From Candidatus Levybacteria bacterium CG2_30_37_29 (GTDB lineage: Bacteria; Patescibacteriota; Microgenomatia; Levybacterales; GWA1-39-11), in contig MNYS01000006.1 of assembly GCA_001873215.1 (NCBI GenBank), positions 122,839 through 172,440 on the forward strand: DNA of 49,602 nucleotides, in the 5' to 3' direction. Below, piece by piece: positions 1 to 7,952 of the stretch. The notes beneath the pieces were generated by a model. That model was not told where the DNA came from and made no database searches. It saw only the letters and a program-made list of their open reading frames with translations. A program made the position numbers and the translations under genes. How positions within the stretch are numbered: position 1 is the first letter of the stretch; every line of letters begins with the position of its first letter.

Positions 1-609
1 GAGATGGACGCGGCAATTATTCACTATATTCGTCTGCGACACGGCCTTCTAATTGGTGAAAAAACCGCAGAGGAGGTAAAAATAAAAATAGGAAGCGCCT
101 ACAATAAAAAACCCCGTCCCAAAACCACATCTATGGGCAGACAGGTCAAGATTAAAGAAGCAAAAGATGATATTTCTACAGCTCTTGATAATAAGGAAGA
201 AGAAATACATACTGAGACAGATTTAATCGTGGAAGAAGGAAAAAAAGGAGAGAAAGTTGCAGTTATTCGCGGTCGGGATATTGAGTCCGGTCTACCAAAG
301 AGTTTGCGAATCTCAGAAACAGAAATACGTGAGGCGATAGGACCGGTGATTTCTCAAATTGTTGATATGGTGATGGAGGTAATTGAGGAGACGCCGCCGG
401 AGCTGACAAGTGATATTTTAGAACATGGAATTTTATTGACGGGCGGAGGCAGTCTTCTTCCCGGAGTTGACGATTTGATAATCGAGAGAACAAGAATTCC
501 GGTGACAGTTGTTGATGATCCTCTTACAACAGTTGTTCGCGGAACCGCAAAACTTCTTGACGATGCCGCAATGCTTTCGCGTGTCAAAGTAACCGGCGGA
601 CTTAGATAA
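1..609 (+). CDS. mreB: Rod shape-determining actin-like protein MreB, 3' part (5'-truncated by the window)
   Basis: Motifs IGEKTAEEVKIKIGSA, IRGRD..SGLP, LEETPPEL-like IEETPPEL, GILLTGGGSLL, DPLTTVVRG. Confidence 0.95.
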   Translation, partial: EMDAAIIHYIRLRHGLLIGEKTAEEVKIKIGSAYNKKPRPKTTSMGRQVKIKEAKDDISTALDNKEEEIHTETDLIVEEGKKGEKVAVIRGRDIESGLPKSLRISETEIREAIGPVISQIVDMVMEVIEETPPELTSDILEHGILLTGGGSLLPGVDDLIIERTRIPVTVVDDPLTTVVRGTAKLLDDAAMLSRVKVTGGLR

Positions 610-637
610 AAATAAGTTTGGTATAATCGAATTATAT

Positions 638-1333
638 ATGGAAGACAACTATGACCATTTACAAATACCAGAGTCAAGAATCGAGGAAGTGGTTGTCTCT
701 TCAGACGAATTTGCAGGAATAATAAATTCAGAAAAGTTTTCAAAAGCACTTGCTCTCGCTAGTAAAACAACTAAAAAAACGAGCCGCGAAACCGGGTTCA
801 GCGTTAGAATTGATAACAACAATAAAGTGTTTATAGGAGAAATCACAGCAGGAGCATTTGATGAAATTTCAAATGAAGTCGATACTCAAATTATATCCAA
901 GATGGATACAAATGAAATAGATATGGATTGGGAACAAAATATATGTTCGACTCCTTTATTAAATTTTCATTTTCATCCAGATTCGGAGGGTGCAGTAATA
1001 CCATCTAATGCCGATATAAGTAATTTTTTACGTGAAGAATCGCAAGCTTCTATAGGAGTAGGGCACGTGTTAAAAGACGGATCAGTAGACCTTCTTATAG
1101 TCAAACCTAAGAATTACCCTTTATATAGAGATCTACTCGAGGAATACGCTGATCAATTTGCCCACAGACCGACACAAGCAGAAATAATTCAGGGTCTTGA
1201 GAAAGCAGGGCTGTCCAGTATAGTTGTGCATTTTACTAATAAAAACGGGAAATTATCTCTCGACCCAGAGTCGGCAAAAAAAATTAATGAGTTGGGCAAG
1301 CTGAAGTTTAGTAAAGATAGTTTTTTATTTTAA
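638..1333 (+). CDS. Hypothetical protein with JAB/MPN+ metalloprotease-like motif
   Basis: ETGF upstream Glu plus HFHP-x6-PSNAD (HxH-x7-S-x2-D type); TATAAT just upstream of ATG. Confidence 0.55.
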   Translation: MEDNYDHLQIPESRIEEVVVSSDEFAGIINSEKFSKALALASKTTKKTSRETGFSVRIDNNNKVFIGEITAGAFDEISNEVDTQIISKMDTNEIDMDWEQNICSTPLLNFHFHPDSEGAVIPSNADISNFLREESQASIGVGHVLKDGSVDLLIVKPKNYPLYRDLLEEYADQFAHRPTQAEIIQGLEKAGLSSIVVHFTNKNGKLSLDPESAKKINELGKLKFSKDSFLF

Positions 1334-1430
1334 GAATAACTAAACAACTATCAATTCATTGATTTGTTGGTTGTTGACTCGGCATTCCTAAATCAGCTGA
1401 AAGTCACCGGTGGATTAAGATGAATTTAAT

Positions 1431-2417
1431 ATGCGATATGAATATGTTTATGATACACACGCGTCTTCCCGTCGCCTAAGACAAAGGCGTCTTAAGAGAA
1501 TAAGGAAATTTTTTTTCTCCCTTTTTATACTTTTAATTTGTCTTGTAATTTTTTTATTTATTTTTAAAAAAGCTAGAAGTAACAATTTAAGCCAAGAAAT
1601 TATTTCTCCTCTTGCGCAATCTTTTAACGCATCAGTTGATACTGTCAAAAAAATTATTAATCCATCATCTCTGGATTCTGTTGTAAAAAAATCGCTTAAT
1701 AATACTAATGGAACATATGCTGTTGCTATAAAAAATCTAAAAACCGGCGAAGCGTATTATCTGTCTAAAAACAAAAAATTTGAATCGGCAAGTCTTTATA
1801 AGTTGTGGGTTATGGTAGTTGCTTTTCGGCTAATAGAAAAAGGTCAACTTGATCCTGATAAAGTTTTGGTCGAAGATATTACCGATTTAAATATCGAATT
1901 TAATATTGCAACCGATGATGCGGAATTAACAGAAGGAACGTTTGAGTTAAGCGTAGAAAGAGCAATTAAGCAAATGATAGTTGTCTCAAATAATTATGCG
2001 GCACTATCTTTGATAAACGAAATCAGATCTTCTAATATAGAAAAATTTTTGAAAGACGAAGGATTTATTAATTCCACGACTAACCCATTGCCTACAACTA
2101 CGGCTTCGGATATTGCGTCTTTTTTTGAAAAATTGTATGTTGGAAAACTTGCCGGTAAAGAGTCAACTGCAAAAATGATCGAAATTCTTAAAAATCAACA
2201 GATAAACGATAGGCTCCCAAAATATTTGCCTGAAAAAATTGAAGTAGCGCATAAAACAGGAGAGTTAGATAAAGTAAAACACGACGGCGGAATTGTATTT
2301 ACACAAAAAGGGGATTATGTAATTGTTGTATTGTCAGAAAGCGATTCTCCGAAAAAAGCAGCGGAACGCGAAGCCCAACTTTCAAAATCCGTATATGAAT
2401 ATTTTGAGAAGAGGTAA
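1431..2417 (+). CDS. Membrane-anchored class A beta-lactamase-like serine hydrolase / PBP-A type
   Basis: N-terminal TM helix; SxxK (ASLYK), SxN (SNN), KTG (HKTG) and HDGG motifs. Confidence 0.85.
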   Translation: MRYEYVYDTHASSRRLRQRRLKRIRKFFFSLFILLICLVIFLFIFKKARSNNLSQEIISPLAQSFNASVDTVKKIINPSSLDSVVKKSLNNTNGTYAVAIKNLKTGEAYYLSKNKKFESASLYKLWVMVVAFRLIEKGQLDPDKVLVEDITDLNIEFNIATDDAELTEGTFELSVERAIKQMIVVSNNYAALSLINEIRSSNIEKFLKDEGFINSTTNPLPTTTASDIASFFEKLYVGKLAGKESTAKMIEILKNQQINDRLPKYLPEKIEVAHKTGELDKVKHDGGIVFTQKGDYVIVVLSESDSPKKAAEREAQLSKSVYEYFEKR

Positions 2418-2629
2418 GTTTAAAATACAGAAAATTTAACGGAGAATTCCGATAAATTAATACGCAAACCTCTAACTATCCGAACCATTAATTTCAAACA
2501 ACTAATAATTTGCATAACTAATCTTGTTATATTATATTTATATATACGTAATTACATTGTAATTACAAAAATACTAGGTTCTTAAAAGTTTGAATTCAGA
2601 GAATTGGGATAAAAAAATTACGAGGGGAT

Positions 2630-3457
2630 TTAGGAATAATCTGTTTTGTTTTGTGACCCCTTGAGAGTTTCATTATCGGGTACTTCGTTTCGAGTATCTT
2701 TCTCTACTTTTGTATTCTCTGCACTAGCAGTTCTTCCGTATTCTTGACCATGAAGTTTATATATGGCTTTTTTTACAGTTTCACTGTCCGCAGCTTTCGC
2801 TACGTCTTCTGCGCTTACCGAGAATTTGTCTCCAAGTCTAAAGATTGCTTCTTTTGTCGCTTCTTCGCTTTCTCCTATTTCTCTGCCTTCTTTCACTCTG
2901 GCAATAATAGCATCTTCTAAGGTTTGAGGAGTATCTTCTGTTGATCCTCCTTGATCGGAAGCGTCTTTTGTTCGCGGCAGCATTTTTTTCAACAGAGTAT
3001 TTATGTGATCAAGAGTGCCTTTTCCCGTAAATACATTTTTTTTATAAATTTCTTTTAATACATCAGGAAGTTTTTCCTCTTCTTCTTTTTCCATCATCCT
3101 TCTGTATTCAAAATCTTGTAATCGGGAACTAAGAAACATAAATCTTTCGAGAACAACTGGATCTGCATTTTTCAAGCCTTCACCCTGTGCGGCGGATTCG
3201 GCGGCAAGTTGGCGGATAAGATCAAGAGAGGCATTCATCATTTGGTCCCTTCTAATCTCAATGAGTTGATCCATTTCTTCATCTGTAAAAGGTGTGCCAT
3301 CAGGTTTGGATTGCGGAAACATTTCTTGCGCTTCAGCAAGCCATTGTTTTCTAATTTCAACCATCTCTTCAGGAGTTCGTGTTTTTGATAGTTCCGGCGC
3401 TCTGTCTGAAAGACTTGGATGTTCTGTGGGTGTTTGTTTTTCTCCTTCTTCTCCCAT
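2630..3457 (-). CDS. Hypothetical acidic helical protein
   Basis: 275-aa ORF with TATAAT-like/AT-rich upstream region; no recognisable motif. Confidence 0.7.
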   Translation of the reverse strand: MGEEGEKQTPTEHPSLSDRAPELSKTRTPEEMVEIRKQWLAEAQEMFPQSKPDGTPFTDEEMDQLIEIRRDQMMNASLDLIRQLAAESAAQGEGLKNADPVVLERFMFLSSRLQDFEYRRMMEKEEEEKLPDVLKEIYKKNVFTGKGTLDHINTLLKKMLPRTKDASDQGGSTEDTPQTLEDAIIARVKEGREIGESEEATKEAIFRLGDKFSVSAEDVAKAADSETVKKAIYKLHGQEYGRTASAENTKVEKDTRNEVPDNETLKGSQNKTDYS

Positions 3458-3532
3458 ATAATTCTATTTAAGTATATCAGTAAACAGTTTGTCAATTAGT
3501 AAAAGGTTTATATTTATAAGTTTTGTTTGTTG

Positions 3533-3561
3533 TTGACAAAACTTCACTGGTGGGATATCAT
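3533..3561 (+). promoter_or_regulatory. Sigma70-type promoter of the 16S rRNA gene
   Basis: TTGACA (3533-3538), 17 nt, TATCAT (3556-3561), ~370 nt upstream of the 16S. Confidence 0.75.
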
Positions 3562-3757
3562 ATATAGGTAAAGTTGCGAGATTTAAATATTTCTTGATTT
3601 TTAAGAAATGATACGAGCTATAACTACACAGTTTTCTTCGTAAAAGCGCTAGAAGCTTTTTTGCTTCTGACGTAAATCTCCCAACTCTGATATTTGAAGT
3701 TCGGTAACCCTTCGATATACTCAGGGTCATCGGTGCTTCGCACCTTGACAAGCAAGA

Positions 3758-3782
3758 AAAGATGTTCAGACAGTGGTAGGAA
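3758..3782 (+). promoter_or_regulatory. 5' strand of the 16S precursor processing stem
   Basis: AAAGATGTTCAGACAGTGGTAGGAA is complementary (2 mismatches) to TTCCTACCACTATCTGAACACCTTT at 6738-6762. Confidence 0.8.
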
Positions 3783-3997
3783 CCTCCGCCTTTGGCGGAG
3801 AACCCTGCCTCGCTTCGCGAGGTAGGAATTTTTCCGATTAATTTCGGAGTTCTTTCCCTGTTTCTTAGAAACAGGATTTTAAATTTAGCGGAGTTGTCCG
3901 CCTCTTCGGCGAATTTAACTTCGTTAAATTTTTTTGAGAATTTGATCCTGGTTCAGGATGAACGCTAGCGGCGTGCTTTAGGTATGCAAGTCGAACG

Positions 3998-4313
3998 GCT
4001 CACTCTTTTTGGTTAGTATTTGATACGATAGTTGTATGTACTACGTATATGTTTTAAAAAGCCAAAAATACAAAACTATTAAAATCTATATTGGATTTAC
4101 TTCAGATTTGAAAAGACGAGTTGAGCAGCATAATAGTTTAGAAACAAAATCAACAAGGTTTGGGATTCCCTGGAAGCTTGTTTATTATGAAGCGTTTTTA
4201 AACAAAATAGATGCTGTACAACGCGAATTACAATTAAAAACAGGAAGTGGTTCAATTGGCTTTTTAAAACGTAGAATTAAAAAGTCTTTGGATACTAGTT
4301 GAAAAGAGTGAGC
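3998..4313 (+). mobile_element. Intervening sequence in 16S helix 6 (V1): long stem enclosing an ORF
   Basis: GCTCACTCTTTTTGGTTAGTATTTGA (3998-4023) pairs with TTGGATACTAGTTGAAAAGAGTGAGC (4288-4313) using G-U pairs. Confidence 0.9.
4036..4302 (+). CDS. Small GIY-YIG nuclease family protein inside the 16S gene
   Basis: YYVYVLKS...IYIGFTSDLKRRVEQHN...PWKLVYYEAF...RELQLK. Confidence 0.92.
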   Translation: MYYVYVLKSQKYKTIKIYIGFTSDLKRRVEQHNSLETKSTRFGIPWKLVYYEAFLNKIDAVQRELQLKTGSGSIGFLKRRIKKSLDTS

Positions 4314-5002
4314 AGTGGCAGACGGGTGAGTAACGCGTAAGAATCTACCTTTCAGTGGGGCACAACAGTCCGAAAGGATTGCTAATTCCCCATAATATCT
4401 CCGGATTAAAGGACTTAACTGTCCGCTGAAAGAGGAGCTTGCGCCCTATCAGCTTGTTGGTGAGGTAAAGGCTCACCAAGGCTATGACGGGTAGCTGGAC
4501 TGAGAGGTCGGCCAGCCACAGGGGCACTGAGACACGGGCTCCACACCTACGGGTGGCAGCAACCAGGAATATTGGGCAATGGACGGAAGTCTGACCCAGC
4601 GACGCCGCGTGGAGGATGAAGGTTTTCGGATCGTAAACTCCTTTTGCCAAGCCTTTCACAGCTTGGAGAATAAGCATCTACTAACTACGTGCCAGAAGTC
4701 TCGGTAATACGTAGGATGCAAGCGTTATCCGGATTTATTGGGCGTAAAGAGTGTGTAGGCGGTTTTTTAAGTCGCGATTTAAAGCCTGTGGCTTAACCAC
4801 AGTGTTGGTCGCGATACTGAAAAACTAGAGGGATGTTTGGGGTACAGGAACAGTTGGTGTAGCGGTGAAATGCGTTGATATCAACTGGAACACCGAAGGC
4901 GAAGGCATGTACCTGTAACTCTCCTGACGCTGAGACACGAAAGCTAGGGTAGCGAAACAGATTAGAGACCTGTGTAGTCCTAGCCGTAAACTATGGATGC
5001 TA

Positions 5003-5157
5003 GATACCCCGGAACCAAGTGCATAAACTTGGAATTTTCAATTTTAAATTTTTAATTTACAATAAATGTTTCAATGTTTGAAAACTTCAAATTCACTGAA
5101 AATTGTAAATTGAGAATTGGAAATTTCCAAAAGCTGTGCTTTTGGTTTTGGGGTGTC
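5003..5157 (+). other. Expanded 16S helix 26 (V5) with non-coding AT-rich hairpin insertion
   Basis: GATACCCC/GGGGTGTC basal stem encloses ~140 nt with nested inverted repeats (TTGGAA/TTCCAA; AATTTACAAT/ATTGTAAATT). Confidence 0.85.
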
Positions 5158-5179
5158 GTAAGCTAACGCGTTAAGCATC

Positions 5180-5239
<60 letters not shown>

Positions 5240-5363
5240 CCAGTGGAGCGTGTGGTTCAATTTGAGACGAAACAAAAAACCTCACCAAGGTTTGACATGC
5301 TATCGTTTTATACTTTATGAAAGTTTAGTAGATCTATAGAAATATAGATGATAGCACAGGTGT

Positions 5364-5398
<35 letters not shown>

Positions 5399-5695
5399 CC
5401 CTTAAGTGGGGAAACGAGTGCAACCCCTATCCTGTGTTACATATCACAGGAGACTGCCCCGACTTTGTCGGGGAGGAAGGCGGGGCGGACGTCAAGTCAG
5501 CATGACCCTTATACCTTGGGCTACACACACACTACAATGGCGAAAAACAATGGGTTGCAAGCTCGCAAGAGCAAGCTAATCCCTCAAATTTCGCCTCAGT
5601 TCAGATTGGGGTCTGAAACCCGACCCCATGAAGTCGGAATTGGTAGTAATCGCGGATCAGCGTGCCGCGGTGAATACGTTCTCGGGTCTTGTACA

Positions 5696-6550
5696 AATTA
5701 AATGCGCCTGGCAGTTTAATAAGTCTCGCTGATAGTTTTCAGTCGGGATCCCGCACGAATATGAAATTCGTCGGGGCAAGATGGTGGAAATCCATCTTAA
5801 TAGTTGAAGAACAGTCCCGATGGGTAACCAATCGGGATGAAGGGTTCGATGTATCGAAAAGCAGCCTAAAATAAAAAAAGCATTTCGACCTTTAAGTGTA
5901 CTAAGGGGAAGAAATATACAAAAAGCTTTTTAGGATGTTTGAAACTGTTTATTAAATGACCCAGGGAGATCCTATGTGCATCAGAACTATAATAGGCCAT
6001 AGGAAGTCAGCTGATTCCATAGTACCTTCAGATTATGTATAATTTTAATGTGGAGGGAAGGGATGAACTCTAAATTAAACCCTTATTATTTAGTAGGTTT
6101 AGTTGATGGCGAAGGTTGCTTTAGCGTAACCTTTAATAATCACAAAAGCAACCGCTTAATAGAAGTGAGATTGATTTTTGAGATTGAGCTAAGAGAGGAT
6201 GATAAAGAAATTTTAGAGAGAGTAAAAGAAACTTTTGAATGTGGGAATTTATACAATCTTCAATATGAGAGATACAAAAAATGGAGACCACATTATAAAT
6301 ACAAGGTTTCAAACTTGAGTGATATTACTAAAAAAGTAATATCTTTCTTTAAAAAATATCCTCTTCAGGCAAAGAAGAAAAAGAGTTTTGAGTTGTTTGC
6401 TCAAGTAGCAAAACTTATTACTCAGAAACGCCACTTAACCCGCGAAGGGGTAGAAGAAATTAGATTACTAAAAGAGGATTTAGCAAGAGACTCGCTGGAT
6501 GCGGGAAACCCGCACGTCCAGTGGGGAGCGGAATAGTTCTTAACCGCGAT
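5696..6550 (+). mobile_element. Group II intron in 16S after A1396 (E. coli numbering), encoding a LAGLIDADG endonuclease
   Basis: Removal restores CTTGTACA|CACCGCCCGTCA; domain V CGCTGGATGCGGGAAACCCGCACGTCCAGTG (6493-6523); ends in AT; EBS1 TGTAC (5897-5901) in a stem-loop is complementary to exon end GTACA. Confidence 0.9.
6048..6536 (+). CDS. Single-motif LAGLIDADG homing endonuclease (start may be 6063)
   Basis: YLVGLVDGEGCFSV motif; F..YPLQ.KK..F..F and HLT.EG..I C-terminal pattern. Confidence 0.93.
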   Translation: MWREGMNSKLNPYYLVGLVDGEGCFSVTFNNHKSNRLIEVRLIFEIELREDDKEILERVKETFECGNLYNLQYERYKKWRPHYKYKVSNLSDITKKVISFFKKYPLQAKKKKSFELFAQVAKLITQKRHLTREGVEEIRLLKEDLARDSLDAGNPHVQWGAE

Positions 6551-6822
6551 CACCGCCCGTCAAGGCAGCAAAGTCGGTAGCTATTGAACCCCGATTATTC
6601 GGGGGAGATAGAGATCGGTGATGAAGCTTAAGTCGTAACAAGGTATCCCTAGCCGAAGCTGGGGATGGATCACCTCCTTTCTAAAAAAACTTTTCTTCCC
6701 GATTTATTTGGAAAGAAGTTTAAATTTTTAGATTTCTTTCCTACCACTATCTGAACACCTTTGAAATTTAATGCGATGATAAGGGCAGCCTTTGGCTACC
6801 ACTATCTAAGCATCTTTTTATT

Positions 6823-6851
6823 AAAAAAACCCGATTAACTCGGGTTTTTTT
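6823..6851. terminator. Intrinsic terminator after 16S (potentially bidirectional)
   Basis: AAAAAAACCCGA-TTAAC-TCGGGTTTTTTT. Confidence 0.85.
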
Positions 6852-6954
6852 GTAGAAAAATAAGCGTTTAAAAATAGCTTAGTTAAAACTCCTAACTACG
6901 CATTTCGTTGAATTTGTATTGCTTCTATGAGACACTAAGTAAGTATTTATTTTT

Positions 6955-7794
6955 ATGGATGTTCTTTTTTTAGTTTTCTCTGTATTAGCTTTTTGGATTA
7001 TTATAGGGTCTTTATATATTAGATTCATCATTTATCCTTTTCGGTTACTGAAACCTTTCCGTTTATCGAAAATGTTCTTAATATCTGTAATAATTTCTAC
7101 AAGTCTTTTTCTTTTGAATTTTTTCCGTCTAACTTACCTATTGAGCCGAATTAGTGGGGGATACGGACAAGATTGGGTTGGTCTTGGTCTTGGTATCGAG
7201 CTTTTAGTTTCAACACCCTTATTAATACCCCTAATTTTATTAGCGAATCTCGCTGGTAAAATGGCTCGCGATACAAAAGAGAGTAGTAAAGTTAGGTCTA
7301 CAAGTTTACTAATTAAAAGGGTCGCTACTAAATTCATTATTTTTATATTAATTATGTTAATCATCACGCCTTATTTAGTTGGATTTTATGAAAGTCTGGC
7401 AAAATACAAATCTCTATTTTCTTCAAATAAACAATCAACACCAATAGAACGTTTTGATGACACAACTGGATATAAATACGTTGGAGAAATGTTATGGATG
7501 AAAATAGAATCATTTAAAATTGAAGAAGGAGGGGCAGCAAAGATTAGAGTTGATACTATTCTCAAGGGGAGCTTTGAAAAAGATATAGATTTATCATATA
7601 TCCATATGGATTTTACACCCCCTGGTGGAAAGCCGGTTTCCAATGCTCCCATACCAACAGTTACAAAATATCATATGAAACCGCCGCAAAAATTAACAAT
7701 GGATTTAGAGTATAATGCGATTGGAAAAGGTCCAAATTATACATTTAATTACAATAATTTTGGTTCTACTGTTTCGTTGGGAACGTTTCGTTAA
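6955..7794 (+). CDS. Hypothetical membrane protein (about 4 TM helices plus soluble beta-rich C-terminal domain)
   Basis: 279-aa ORF with hydrophobic N-terminal half. Confidence 0.7.
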   Translation: MDVLFLVFSVLAFWIIIGSLYIRFIIYPFRLLKPFRLSKMFLISVIISTSLFLLNFFRLTYLLSRISGGYGQDWVGLGLGIELLVSTPLLIPLILLANLAGKMARDTKESSKVRSTSLLIKRVATKFIIFILIMLIITPYLVGFYESLAKYKSLFSSNKQSTPIERFDDTTGYKYVGEMLWMKIESFKIEEGGAAKIRVDTILKGSFEKDIDLSYIHMDFTPPGGKPVSNAPIPTVTKYHMKPPQKLTMDLEYNAIGKGPNYTFNYNNFGSTVSLGTFR

Positions 7795-7855
7795 AAAACC
7801 TATTAGTTTTTCCTGACACTTTTCAAGCATCCAAATACTTAGTTAAAAACACGAC

Positions 7856-7883
7856 CCCCGATTCTATTGGGTTTTTTTGTGGC
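7856..7883 (+). repeat. 28-bp direct repeat, copy 1 (terminator-like)
   Basis: CCCCGATTCTATTGGGTTTTTTTGTGGC, identical to 11442-11469. Confidence 0.9.
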
Positions 7884-7952
7884 CTGCCCGCTAATGCCTG
7901 AACATAGCGATTGCAGGCGGGGGAAAAACTTGTATCTACTACTTTTCAAACA

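Noticed and set aside
1431-2417. Antibiotic-resistance beta-lactamase
   Set aside because: Omega-loop region looks shortened with no clear E166 equivalent and the protein is membrane-anchored; more likely a PBP-like cell-wall enzyme.
5696-6550. Group I intron, the default guess for a LAGLIDADG ORF
   Set aside because: 5' exon does not end in U, intron ends in AT not G, and a clear group II domain V and EBS1 are present.
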